Shown here: positions 14,838 through 24,368 of the stretch, piece after piece | Numbering within the stretch: position 1 is the stretch's first letter | Layout: the number at the start of each line of letters is the position of its first letter | From: a virus | Lineage: Duplodnaviria; Caudoviricetes | Strand: one strand, 5' to 3' | DNA: 30,768 bases | Virus record (IMG/VR): IMGVR_UViG_3300027892_002536 | Coordinates: 1-30,768 of that record | Made by a program: the position numbers and the translations under genes | The notes under the pieces: generated by a model | Told to the model about the DNA's origin: nothing | The model's input: only the letters and a program-made list of their open reading frames with translations | Database searches by the model: none

Positions 14838-15035
14838 TCAGTTCCAAATAAATTCTAGATCGCCCTGTGCAATCTTACGCCACTGACTAGAACCCTGAGT
14901 TGAATATGGAATGTATACTTCACCGGTCTCTTGATCAATCAGCATGTATTTTTGCGGGCACTTGGTTTTAATGGTAAGTATCACTGAAATTTCTAGTTCC
15001 TCGACTTCTTCCCCGTTTTTTAAAGTTCTAGTCAT
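14838..15035 (-). CDS. Hypothetical protein
   Basis: TGATG coupling to the upstream ORF; motif IKTKCPQKYMLIDQETGEVY. Confidence 0.7.
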   Translation of the reverse strand: MTRTLKNGEEVEELEISVILTIKTKCPQKYMLIDQETGEVYIPYSTQGSSQWRKIAQGDLEFIWN

Positions 15036-15265
15036 CAATGCATCCTTGTGGTTTCAAACAATAAAATTGGCAGTGTTTCTGCGAGAAATTCTGCGTAAGC
15101 TTCTGCATCTTCTACATCTGCAAAATTGGTAAACTTAACATAAACAGTAGGCTCTTCTTCATCACTGGTACACATCACCTCTATATCGATATCTTCGTCT
15201 GAAATAAAAGTTTCATTCTCAGCTAGTTCTTCCGGAATTTCTTCTACCTTGGGTTTTTTTGGCAT
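15035..15265 (-). CDS. Small, highly acidic protein
   Basis: About 22 D/E versus 5 K/R in 76 aa (hand count). Confidence 0.75.
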   Translation of the reverse strand: MPKKPKVEEIPEELAENETFISDEDIDIEVMCTSDEEEPTVYVKFTNFADVEDAEAYAEFLAETLPILLFETTRMH

Positions 15266-15948
15266 TACAGTATCTTAGCCTCCTTAATGACATCTCGTAC
15301 CAATTCTAAATCTGCAGGCAATTCTTTGAATCTACGCAGCCAAAACTGCGGATCGATCACTGGTCCAACTATAGCCAACTGTTCGTCATTCATTTTTTGC
15401 AGCATGGTCTTGCCTTCTCGAGTATTTAACAGTATCCAAGGAGAGATCAATCCCTCCTTGATATCATGTGTGGCACGGTTGAGATTCACATAGGCAAAAT
15501 AATGTTCCCAAGCACCGTTGTTCTTTTCACTCCAGGCCATCATGTTCTGTATGGTTCTTTGTATGGCTCCGTCTGCTGGCTCTATCTTGATTAACTCGCT
15601 GATGTAGGAATCATATAACTCATCGCGACACCAATGATCCAACTTGACTCCGCTCTTGATCACAAAGTCAATGAATCGTTCAGGATAGATGGGTGCAGTA
15701 TTGATCATGAAACTGCCAAACTTAACAAATGCAGTGTAGTATGGACTGGCAGCAAATTCATCAAAGGTTTTGGTACCTTTGGATTTTTGTGTGAGATCGT
15801 AGAATCGTTGAAAGGTGATCAATCCCATCTGTACATGTCGTTCGTTCTGTCCGAGATGCCGACGTTTCTGTTCGCAGACATGCACAAACAGAGTCTTTTC
15901 CTTGGCAAATAGTTTACTGCAATATTCGCACTTAAAGTTTAAGTCCAT
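15265..15948 (-). CDS. Hypothetical protein with an N-terminal C2HC zinc finger
   Basis: Start moved to the ATG at 15948 (MDLNFKCEYCSKLF...LFVHVC). Confidence 0.8.
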   Translation of the reverse strand: MDLNFKCEYCSKLFAKEKTLFVHVCEQKRRHLGQNERHVQMGLITFQRFYDLTQKSKGTKTFDEFAASPYYTAFVKFGSFMINTAPIYPERFIDFVIKSGVKLDHWCRDELYDSYISELIKIEPADGAIQRTIQNMMAWSEKNNGAWEHYFAYVNLNRATHDIKEGLISPWILLNTREGKTMLQKMNDEQLAIVGPVIDPQFWLRRFKELPADLELVRDVIKEAKIL

Positions 15949-16411
15949 GGATCTGCTTTTTGTCCCAACCAAGGTTCTCACAGTACTGTTTGATTTCTTG
16001 ATCTGTGGTGAGTTCTGCCAGTGTTTCAATGTCTGCTCGCTTCATGTTAGGAAAATGTTCTGCAATGAATTCTTCCTTTTTGTTCTTGCGTGTTTTCAAA
16101 GGAATCCATTCGTGGAAATGTGCTTTCTTAGATTCGTGACTGCATAGGCACAGAGTCTGCCATACCAACTGCGGATGCTGTTGTATATCAGCCCAATGCT
16201 TGTTGTAGTATTCATTGACTGTGAGTAGATAGTGTTCTTGCAGTTCCGCGCTTGAAGATTTTACCGAACTGATATAGCGATTGAGATTCCAGAAGTCACC
16301 TTTGATTTCTTTACGACCGTCGTCAGTGACTGCGTCCCAAAGTTCTTTAACTCCCATATCTACTGCAGGAATCATATCTTTGAATAGGTCTACGTGTTTA
16401 TTCTTTGCCAT
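15932..16411 (-). CDS. Clamp-loader small subunit, T4 gp62-like
   Basis: WNLNRYISS...VNEYYN...WIPLK...LTTDQEIK pattern, size and replication context. Confidence 0.6.
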   Translation of the reverse strand: MAKNKHVDLFKDMIPAVDMGVKELWDAVTDDGRKEIKGDFWNLNRYISSVKSSSAELQEHYLLTVNEYYNKHWADIQQHPQLVWQTLCLCSHESKKAHFHEWIPLKTRKNKKEEFIAEHFPNMKRADIETLAELTTDQEIKQYCENLGWDKKQIHGLKL

Positions 16412-16679
16412 GGTCTTTGCTTAAATGATATACAAGTATAGCACGATCTAGAGCAGATTGCAAGGCCTCGTTTGTTTTTGCCGCTCGACGTATTTCACCC
16501 CAAAGTTTATCTTCCATCATGTGATCGTGCAAAGATCTGCCATCGCTGGTGCGAGGATCTATTGGATGTTCCCAACCAATTGGTTGTCTAGTATTAGGAT
16601 CAGCACCAAATTCTCTAGCATAGACAGTGCCTTTGTGATGTTCGTAGACATATGTTGCTCCGGGAATCAGCGAACCCAT
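16398..16679 (-). CDS. Hypothetical protein
   Basis: 93-aa ORF in the operon. Confidence 0.8.
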   Translation of the reverse strand: MGSLIPGATYVYEHHKGTVYAREFGADPNTRQPIGWEHPIDPRTSDGRSLHDHMMEDKLWGEIRRAAKTNEALQSALDRAILVYHLSKDHGKE

Positions 16680-16680
16680 A

Positions 16681-17418
16681 TTAATTCTTCAATATTTCTT
16701 GAGCAATATCTGTAAACCAACGTTTTCTACTATTGCCTTTAAAATCTAAAAATATTGCGGTCTTGCTATATCCCGCCGAACTCTTTTTTACACCAAACAC
16801 AAATTCTTCTGAATAGTTAAAAAATTTAAATTTTAACCCGCGAGATTCATGTAATATCGATTGTCTTGGAAGCAGCCGTGGTGACTGATATTTCTTTTCT
16901 AAAACTGATTGAATGCTTATTTGGTCCCCAAACCAAGATTTTTCTGACTGACCTAGATCATAAAATGCATCGGTTCTTTCTTGAAAGAAAGATACAATTT
17001 TTTCTTTATTTCCAAATTCTGTATTGACTAGCACCACAGTATTATTCACTTCACCCCCGTTCCATAATATACCAATATCAAATTCTTCTTTAAAGAAGTT
17101 ATCAAGATTTCCAGATATTAGATGATCGGCACCGCATAGAATTATTTTTCCTTCTAATTGTTTGACAAGATCCAAATTTGACAACACCAGCGATTCCATA
17201 ATGTTACAAGATTCTAAATCGGTTCTAAAACTCTCACCGGAATCTAGTTTTATGTCTGTAGCCATATCGGTAGCAAGAATAAATTTTCCTTTCGGATTAA
17301 ATTTTTTAAATGTTTTTTCTAAAGAATAAAGAGCAGTCTCATAGTCGAAATACAAACTTCTGAAGTTTATCTTTCGCTGTTCGAGGTCGGTTTTATAAAA
17401 GGCAGCTAGAATTATCAT
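16681..17418 (-). CDS. Putative GT-A-fold glycosyltransferase
   Basis: FILATD, degenerate DxD (GADH), NNTVV, WFGDQ, DFKG. Confidence 0.65.
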   Translation of the reverse strand: MIILAAFYKTDLEQRKINFRSLYFDYETALYSLEKTFKKFNPKGKFILATDMATDIKLDSGESFRTDLESCNIMESLVLSNLDLVKQLEGKIILCGADHLISGNLDNFFKEEFDIGILWNGGEVNNTVVLVNTEFGNKEKIVSFFQERTDAFYDLGQSEKSWFGDQISIQSVLEKKYQSPRLLPRQSILHESRGLKFKFFNYSEEFVFGVKKSSAGYSKTAIFLDFKGNSRKRWFTDIAQEILKN

Positions 17419-18433
17419 GAATTATCTCTATAACAGATTTATAATTTACACCCGGGTAGATCGGTAGACTCACTTGCTTGCTAGACACCCATTCGGTTAC
17501 TGGTAAAGAATAAGGTGCTCGATATGCAGTTAGTCTGTGCACCGGGACTGGATAGTGCATTTTTAGATCAAGTTTAGATTTAACACCTGCAATTAATTTT
17601 TCTCTTTCATTAACTAAGATAGGATAGATATGATAGCTATGATTTGAATTTTTGGTCTTTACATATGAAAAATGTTTATTGTATTCGTTGGCAATTTTTC
17701 TTTTTTCTTCTAGAACAAAATCAAAATTCTTTAATTTTATTCTTAAAAATTCAGCTTGTATATTGGCCATTCTATAATTATAACCAATATCGTTGTCGTC
17801 CCATTGCCTTACCTTACACATGAATTTGTATAAATTTTCATCATCAGTGACTACACAACCAGCATCACCTAGTGCGCCGAGGCCTTTTCCTGGATAGAAA
17901 CTAAAAGTTCCTAGATTACCAAATGTTCCAACATGTTTATTGTTTAATGTAGTACCGTGTGCTTGACTACAATCTTCAATGACTGGGATATTCTTTTCAG
18001 CGGCAATAGCATTTATTAGATCCATTGGAGCGGCATTACCGTAGATGTGAACTGGCAATATGCATTTTGTTTTTGATGTAATAGCTTTACGAAGACTATC
18101 AGGATCCATGGTAAATGTTTCTCGATCAATATCAACATATACAGGAGTTGCACCACAATATTTGATTGCTGCTGCCGTAGCCCTAAAAGTGTGCGACACA
18201 GTGACAACTTCATCGCCTGGCCCTACTCCTAACGATAATAGTGCTAGATGTATTGCAGATGTTCCGTTTGACACAGCCACGCAATATTTTGCACCAACAT
18301 AATTGGCAAATTCTTCTTCAAATTTGTCAGTACCAAATACATAGTTACCGCTTCTAATAACAGATTCTGATTTTTGAATTAACTCATCTAATACACTTTG
18401 GTGTATTTCTTTAAAACTGTAAAAAGGGATCAT
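17393..18433 (-). CDS. DegT/DnrJ/EryC1/StrS sugar aminotransferase (WbpE-like)
   Basis: SNGTSA, PVHIYG, IEDCSQAHG, FSFYPGKGLGALGDAG; start set by ATGA overlap at 18433. Confidence 0.93.
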   Translation of the reverse strand: MIPFYSFKEIHQSVLDELIQKSESVIRSGNYVFGTDKFEEEFANYVGAKYCVAVSNGTSAIHLALLSLGVGPGDEVVTVSHTFRATAAAIKYCGATPVYVDIDRETFTMDPDSLRKAITSKTKCILPVHIYGNAAPMDLINAIAAEKNIPVIEDCSQAHGTTLNNKHVGTFGNLGTFSFYPGKGLGALGDAGCVVTDDENLYKFMCKVRQWDDNDIGYNYRMANIQAEFLRIKLKNFDFVLEEKRKIANEYNKHFSYVKTKNSNHSYHIYPILVNEREKLIAGVKSKLDLKMHYPVPVHRLTAYRAPYSLPVTEWVSSKQVSLPIYPGVNYKSVIEIIHDNSSCLL

Positions 18434-19335
18434 AGTACCCACTCCATAATTTTTTTGGCTGTATATATGCTGGTCAACGGTTGTGATCTAGATTCTATAC
18501 ATTTTAGAAAATGTGTTCTTCCTGTATATAACGCCTCTGCGGTTCCAACTTTTGGAGCCATCATATCACCTAGTTGATTAGCATTGAAATCTGAATTTAT
18601 TTCTCCAGTGGAATAAATTTTAATTTTATCAAGATCGATATCATCGTAGACAACGCTGTTCTTATCGCCAGTTAAAATAATCTGTCTCTTTTTTACCGGA
18701 CTAACCCAATTACAATTTGTTGTAGTAGTAAATCCGTTGGTAAACTTTAAATTAACGATCACTTGATTTGCTTTATCATTGATGTGATTATTTTTAATGA
18801 TTGTTCTATCTTTCAACTCTAGATCGGGATAAAGATAATTCACAATACTCAAATCATGTATGGCAAGATCTAGCAGAGCATCAACGTCACTTTGAAATAA
18901 TCCTAGACTGATTCTGGTGCTATCGTAATATATCGGTTTGCCAATGTCAATGTTTTTTAATTGTTCTACAGCAGGATTGTAGCAAAATGTATGGTCAACA
19001 AAAATAATATTCTTTGTTTTTTCAGATTCTTTGATAAGATTGTTAATTTGATCTAAAGTTTCGCAGACTGGCTTTTCAATCCAAAGATCTTTTCCGTTTG
19101 CAAGAGCCTGTAAAGCAATATCGTGGTGTGTATTTGCTTTAGTAGCAATCACCACTGCTTTAATTCCTGGATGATCCAATGCAGCCTCTAATGAAGTATA
19201 TGTAGTAATTGCGGGATATAACAATTTTGCAATTTCTAATTTTTTAACATCCGAATCACACACTGCTGTTAATTCTTTACTGAAATTCCTGGCTAAATTT
19301 TTACCCCAGTATCCATATCCTACTAATAAAATCAT
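18430..19335 (-). CDS. Gfo/Idh/MocA family oxidoreductase (WbpB-like)
   Basis: VGYGYWG, WIEKP, DLAIHD. Confidence 0.92.
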   Translation of the reverse strand: MILLVGYGYWGKNLARNFSKELTAVCDSDVKKLEIAKLLYPAITTYTSLEAALDHPGIKAVVIATKANTHHDIALQALANGKDLWIEKPVCETLDQINNLIKESEKTKNIIFVDHTFCYNPAVEQLKNIDIGKPIYYDSTRISLGLFQSDVDALLDLAIHDLSIVNYLYPDLELKDRTIIKNNHINDKANQVIVNLKFTNGFTTTTNCNWVSPVKKRQIILTGDKNSVVYDDIDLDKIKIYSTGEINSDFNANQLGDMMAPKVGTAEALYTGRTHFLKCIESRSQPLTSIYTAKKIMEWVL

Positions 19336-19383
19336 AAATATTTTCCTTTCATGTCGCTGAAATAACGATTGTCTATGCCCATT

Positions 19384-19803
19384 TTATTTTAACCTCACAG
19401 CAGGATTACCCACATAAGTTCCAGACTCTGTAATATCTTTAGTGACAACAGAACCTGCTCCGATAACAACATCATCACAAATAGATACAGGCAGCATTGT
19501 TGAATTAGAACCTACATAAACTTTATTACCTAATTTTGTTGGTAAAAAATCTTTAGATAATTCTCTATCAACAAACTTATCGTTGATAAACATAACACCA
19601 TGACCGATAAAACAATCGGCACCTATTTCAGTATTTGAACATATAAAGCTATGACTTTGAATCCTAGTTCGTTCACCAATTGTTACATCGTTTTGTATTT
19701 CAACAAAAGGACCTACAAAAACATTGTCTTGCAAGGTGCATCCATATAAATTTACAGGTTCAATAATCTTAACGCTTAACCCTTTGATAACGTTATTTTC
19801 CAT
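19384..19803 (-). CDS. Hexapeptide-repeat acyltransferase (WbpD-like)
   Basis: VGPFVEIQ, IQSHSFIC, FIGHGVMFIND, IGAGSVVTKD, GNPA. Confidence 0.92.
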   Translation of the reverse strand: MENNVIKGLSVKIIEPVNLYGCTLQDNVFVGPFVEIQNDVTIGERTRIQSHSFICSNTEIGADCFIGHGVMFINDKFVDRELSKDFLPTKLGNKVYVGSNSTMLPVSICDDVVIGAGSVVTKDITESGTYVGNPAVRLK

Positions 19804-19804
19804 C

Positions 19805-20461
19805 TTATACCTTTCTTAGTGATACATATGTTTCAGGATCGTGTCCCTGAAATTTTTCTAAGCTAACGTCATCAAATTTAAAGTTCTCTATATCGTTGAT
19901 GATGATTGCTTGTCTATGATCGGCATGCTCGGACGATGCAGTAGCCACACAAAGACTATAGATATTATATTGATCCTTTATTTCCCAAAGATATCTATTC
20001 ACTCCGGATAAATCTACATCATCAAACACAATAACTCTAGAATCTTTTAATTGCTCATGGTCCCATTTAACTGTTTCATAGCTGTGTCCTCCATCTATGT
20101 AGGCCCAATCTACTTTTGTTGGTTGTAAAGTGTCTTTGGTATAACCTTTCACTAGATCAAAACTAATATTTGGATTTGAAGTTGACAGTTGAGTTAAATT
20201 ATTAAAACATTCGTTGAAATTTCCACCTCGCCCAAACATACCATTGTCCTCTTGAAGATGGAAATTGTCAGTTTCTAAATCGAAAACATCATAGCCTATC
20301 AAATGTAGTTTTTTTACCTTGGTTATTAAGTTGTCTGCAAAAAACATCATACTTCTTCCTTTGTGGACACCAGTTTCTAGATATGTGCCGGTATCAGATT
20401 TTATATCTAAAGCTAGGCAGGCTGATGTTGCAGCACCTAGATAAGCGACTATTTTTCCCAT
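19805..20461 (-). CDS. Class I SAM-dependent methyltransferase
   Basis: LETGVHKGRS, YIDGGHSYE, VFDD. Confidence 0.85.
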   Translation of the reverse strand: MGKIVAYLGAATSACLALDIKSDTGTYLETGVHKGRSMMFFADNLITKVKKLHLIGYDVFDLETDNFHLQEDNGMFGRGGNFNECFNNLTQLSTSNPNISFDLVKGYTKDTLQPTKVDWAYIDGGHSYETVKWDHEQLKDSRVIVFDDVDLSGVNRYLWEIKDQYNIYSLCVATASSEHADHRQAIIINDIENFKFDDVSLEKFQGHDPETYVSLRKV

Positions 20462-21256
20462 TTATTCTCTCATTCCGTTGAACACTGTTTTCTTAAATTT
20501 AGAATTATCCCGATCAATCGCCGATATCAAATTTAGATCTAAATCTAATTTTTCCATTAATCTTGCCAACGCCTTGGTGTCTTTAGGTAAACACATGCCG
20601 CCGTAACCTCGAAGTCCATCAGACACATCCAAGTACATGTCTACAGCTTTACCTGTTTTAATATATGAATTTTTTATAGTTGTGTAATCACAATTTAATT
20701 TTTCGCATATTTCGTACATGACATTTGCAAAAGTTACACGAAGACTGGCATAGACATTGTTGAAATATTTCAATACTTCTGCTTCTGTTGGCGTTAGATG
20801 TTCAGTATGCTCTGGTAAATTTCCGTGAGCTTTTACTACCTTTCTAAAAACCCAGATATCAAAGGTTCCTACAGCCAATAATTTGTGATTGTTTATAAAG
20901 TCGTCGGCTGCACACCGTTCTCTTAAAAATTCAGGAACAAAACAAATTGCTAGAGTTTTATGTTTCTCTATCATGCTCTGTGTGAAGCCGGGAACAGCAG
21001 TGCTTCTAATAGCTATGATTCCGTTATAGTTATTGTCATCTAATTCTTGTATGACTGATTCTAAGATAGCGGTATCACACTGACCATCATCTGCACTAGG
21101 TGTCGGCACACAGATAAAGTTAATTTCTGTTGATAACACATCTCGTATTGTTGTATCAAGTTTTATATCATGCACCAGTACTTCGTGCCCTAGATGCTCA
21201 AATCCTTGTTTATTTGCAGAACCAACTGCACCTAATCCTATAATGCCAATTTTCAT
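20462..21256 (-). CDS. UDP-glucose/GDP-mannose dehydrogenase family, lacking the C-terminal domain
   Basis: IGLGAVG, ICVPTP, RST, PEFLRE, catalytic GYGGMCLPKD. Confidence 0.92.
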   Translation of the reverse strand: MKIGIIGLGAVGSANKQGFEHLGHEVLVHDIKLDTTIRDVLSTEINFICVPTPSADDGQCDTAILESVIQELDDNNYNGIIAIRSTAVPGFTQSMIEKHKTLAICFVPEFLRERCAADDFINNHKLLAVGTFDIWVFRKVVKAHGNLPEHTEHLTPTEAEVLKYFNNVYASLRVTFANVMYEICEKLNCDYTTIKNSYIKTGKAVDMYLDVSDGLRGYGGMCLPKDTKALARLMEKLDLDLNLISAIDRDNSKFKKTVFNGMRE

Positions 21257-22110
21257 AATAATGAATCCACTGTAAGTTTTAATCCGTGTTTTAGATTAAA
21301 CATATATTGGTAGTTTGTTAACTTTAACATTTTAGAAGTATCAGGACAACGTCTTTTTGCACTTCCAAGAGGACTAGTTAGTATCTCAAGTTTGTTGGGA
21401 TCAACCTCCATGATGTCCATGATAATTCTTGCGACATCGCTGATTGTTACTTCTTCTTGCTTGCCAACATTAACTATTTCATTATTGGCATGACTAACTA
21501 ATTGATCAGTAATATTAACTGCATCTTGCACATAGCAAAATGATCTAGTATCATCACCTTTGAGATAGTATTCTCCTTTAGCGACCCGTTCTACAAACTC
21601 TGAAATAAAATGATCTTTTTGGCCTGGACCGTATATGTTAAAATAACGTATAACGACCCAAGGCAGGCCACTGTTCGCTACTAAATTTTCACCAAGAGCT
21701 TTTGGTAAGCTATAACTCCATCGAGGATTTGTTACATCTTTAAACATCACAGGAACATTTTCATCTGTAGGAACAGGATACAATCCGTCGTCTATGGCCC
21801 CATTAAAAATTTCACATGTGCTAGTGAATATAAATTTTGTATTAGTTCCAGCGTAGCGTTCGACAAGATTAAATGTCGGAATAGTATTATTAAAAGAAAC
21901 TTCTGTAGGAATTTCATAAAATAACTTAGTTCCATTAGTTGCAGCCATGTGAATTATCACATCCACATCAGGTAGATTTTGTGTTATTGATTTATCGCAA
22001 AGATCCTCACCTAATATTTTGTCAACTACGAAAACTTCGTTGTTTTCTTTGATCAGATTATGATAATGACTTCCTATAAAACCTTTGTGGCCGGTTAACA
22101 ATATTTTCAT
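21253..22110 (-). CDS. NAD-dependent epimerase/dehydratase (extended SDR)
   Basis: TGHKGFIG, PRWSYSLPK (YxxxK), RYFNIYGP, RSFCYV. Confidence 0.92.
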   Translation of the reverse strand: MKILLTGHKGFIGSHYHNLIKENNEVFVVDKILGEDLCDKSITQNLPDVDVIIHMAATNGTKLFYEIPTEVSFNNTIPTFNLVERYAGTNTKFIFTSTCEIFNGAIDDGLYPVPTDENVPVMFKDVTNPRWSYSLPKALGENLVANSGLPWVVIRYFNIYGPGQKDHFISEFVERVAKGEYYLKGDDTRSFCYVQDAVNITDQLVSHANNEIVNVGKQEEVTISDVARIIMDIMEVDPNKLEILTSPLGSAKRRCPDTSKMLKLTNYQYMFNLKHGLKLTVDSLL

Positions 22111-22907
22111 TATTGTTTTAAAACTCCTCTTCGTATCATTTTTCTTTTTAGTGCTTGACCTATATGATCTGTCCGCTCTGCTTTACCAGCCTGTCCTATC
22201 CAATGATCGATATAGTCATCTAAAAAAGAAATAGGCATCGGTGCAGTTGTGGGCGGTAAATGACCGGTGATATCGTGAAAATGTTCTTTACCAGTACGAA
22301 TCATTGATTCTTCAAAAACACCAGTGTCGGCCCAGTCATATAATTTAAAAGATTCGTTGGTTAAATAGATATTTTTTTGTATTTCAAAAAACTTTTTAGC
22401 GACAGGGTGATCCAAATCATATACTATTATTCCGGTTTCTACATTTAATCTTCCGTATGATGCAAGTTTTTTGTTTGTTAATGTGTCTACTCTATCTATC
22501 CCAAGATACCCGCAAAATTTTCCGTTTAGCGCACGAATTATCACAGATTCGTCAAGCTTCTTTTTTATCAAAACATCGGAATCGAGCCATACTAAAACGC
22601 CAGTAGGATCAGCTTCGTATGCTTCCCATTGCGCAAAAGATTTATGACTAAATTTTTTCCATTCTCTATAATATCCGGACGGATGCAAATCTTTTGGTAT
22701 TGAGCCGGCAATTTTTTCAGCCTCGATAAACCATGAATACTTGTCTTTGGTTGGAATCGATTTGGTATACTTTATCCCCAACTCTGGGGTGTCGTGTAAC
22801 CATAATTCCCAATCCTCGGGCATAAAATTTTCCCAAAACTTTACAGTGTATTGGCCGGTGTAATCCCAATATTCTTGACTTAGTGTTGTTAAAATTTTTA
22901 TTTTCAT
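22110..22907 (-). CDS. Putative GT-A glycosyltransferase
   Basis: WLDSD (DxD), KFSHKSFA; paralogous to 28289-29122. Confidence 0.75.
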   Translation of the reverse strand: MKIKILTTLSQEYWDYTGQYTVKFWENFMPEDWELWLHDTPELGIKYTKSIPTKDKYSWFIEAEKIAGSIPKDLHPSGYYREWKKFSHKSFAQWEAYEADPTGVLVWLDSDVLIKKKLDESVIIRALNGKFCGYLGIDRVDTLTNKKLASYGRLNVETGIIVYDLDHPVAKKFFEIQKNIYLTNESFKLYDWADTGVFEESMIRTGKEHFHDITGHLPPTTAPMPISFLDDYIDHWIGQAGKAERTDHIGQALKRKMIRRGVLKQ

Positions 22908-22918
22908 TTATACGACCC

Positions 22919-23269
22919 TTATTTGCTCCCTATATATCCAACAGTTTCTCGTTCAATATCATCGTGATCAAATTCAGCCCAATATAATTCAAAGGCAATG
23001 CAGTCAGTGACCGCTTCAAACTGATGATATTCACCCGGAGCAACCTTTGTATATTCGCCTGCCTTAAGAAGTGTTTCGTCTACAAGATTGTAATCGCCTT
23101 TCCAAACACGGATAATCATTTCTCCAGATTCAACAAAGAATCCATTCCATTTAAATTTATGTTTATGCTTGGAACACACACCACCAGCCATAGCTTCGAT
23201 CCGGTGGAATTCTAACACACCGTTGGCTTCTAGCAATTCTGTTTGTCCCCATACTTTTCCTGCTTTCAT
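22919..23269 (-). CDS. Cupin (RmlC-like) protein
   Basis: CSKHKH...FFVESG...PGEYHQF; GGGG RBS; TAAATA at 23295-23300 (minus). Confidence 0.85.
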   Translation of the reverse strand: MKAGKVWGQTELLEANGVLEFHRIEAMAGGVCSKHKHKFKWNGFFVESGEMIIRVWKGDYNLVDETLLKAGEYTKVAPGEYHQFEAVTDCIAFELYWAEFDHDDIERETVGYIGSK

Positions 23270-23302
23270 GCTATCCCCTTTAAAATTAACTGAGTATTTA
23301 TT

Positions 23303-23809
23303 TCAAACCAACTTGTGTAATTGTACAACTTCACTTTGCCTGCTAACTTCTTTGACGAAAAACACACAAGGGGGGTTAGGATCATCGTGCAAGGGAACAG
23401 TTAGTAATTGCCCGTTTTTCATTTTAGGAAAATACCAGCGTACATCTTGGAAGATGTTTATGATTTCTATGGGTAAAAAATCCGTCTTGAAGCCTTTGAT
23501 GGGATTAAACACTAGTGCATCAAATCCCCGTTCGTTTATACTAGTCAATGGTAAGACTTCTGGATCTAATCCACATTCTTTATCACCTACTACCATACAC
23601 CAATCTAGGGGCATCTGCACTTCGTGTCCGCCTATACGCAGCAGTATTGCCGGTGAATTGAATGACTCTAAAAATATCAATGGCATGAAAAAGAAATCTG
23701 GTTCCTGAGGATTTGAATTGTCTAATACACTAAATCTTGTATCTTCATCTACCTCGTCTGGTAATTCGTTTAGATCGAAAGATCTATTGTTTAATGTTAG
23801 TATTTTCAT
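23303..23809 (-). CDS. Hypothetical protein, possibly a degenerate Hint fold
   Basis: 168-aa ORF; strand pattern resembles intein blocks. Confidence 0.75.
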   Translation of the reverse strand: MKILTLNNRSFDLNELPDEVDEDTRFSVLDNSNPQEPDFFFMPLIFLESFNSPAILLRIGGHEVQMPLDWCMVVGDKECGLDPEVLPLTSINERGFDALVFNPIKGFKTDFLPIEIINIFQDVRWYFPKMKNGQLLTVPLHDDPNPPCVFFVKEVSRQSEVVQLHKLV

Positions 23810-23813
23810 TGTG

Positions 23814-24368
23814 TTAATCCGTATAATATGCGATTGTATCGCTCTTCCATTTTCTTACTGTAAATCCGAGATCTAACAGCAGAAGAATTACTTGATTTGC
23901 CTCACCTCTTTTGTTTTCAAAGAATATTGTTGGCCGATGTTTTTTAATTGTTTTTATCCCACCAGTGACAACTTGCAACTCATATTGTTCTGTATCTATT
24001 TTAATAAAATCAACATTTTCAAATTTAAAATCATCAAGTCGTTTTACTTCTACCTCGTATTGTTCTCCGTTAACCCAATCTTTGTTTCTTAATTCAGACA
24101 AAGATCCGTGTTCAGGATTATGTGTAGTATCATTCATAATCAATAACTTTGTTTCACCGGTTTCTCCCAATGCATAGTTATGACATATTAATTTAGGGAA
24201 TTTTAATAGTTCTTTAAAACTGTTAGGATTAGGTTCAAAACAATAAATTTTTTCAAACTTGTCAATAAAAGGAACTGAAGTCTTACCAGTGCTTGCTCCT
24301 ATATCAATATAAGTTCTAAAATTTTTAATATACGGCCAAGCACTTTCTGTTAGTTTTTTTTCACTCAT
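23814..24368 (-). CDS. FkbM-family methyltransferase
   Basis: IDIGASTG, FEPNP, FIKIDTEQYE, HRPTIFFE. Confidence 0.9.
   Translation of the reverse strand: MSEKKLTESAWPYIKNFRTYIDIGASTGKTSVPFIDKFEKIYCFEPNPNSFKELLKFPKLICHNYALGETGETKLLIMNDTTHNPEHGSLSELRNKDWVNGEQYEVEVKRLDDFKFENVDFIKIDTEQYELQVVTGGIKTIKKHRPTIFFENKRGEANQVILLLLDLGFTVRKWKSDTIAYYTD

Noticed and set aside
16681-22907. Host O-antigen locus or bacterial contamination
   Set aside because: The island is seamlessly joined to phage-type genes on both sides and lacks flippase, polymerase and chain-length genes.
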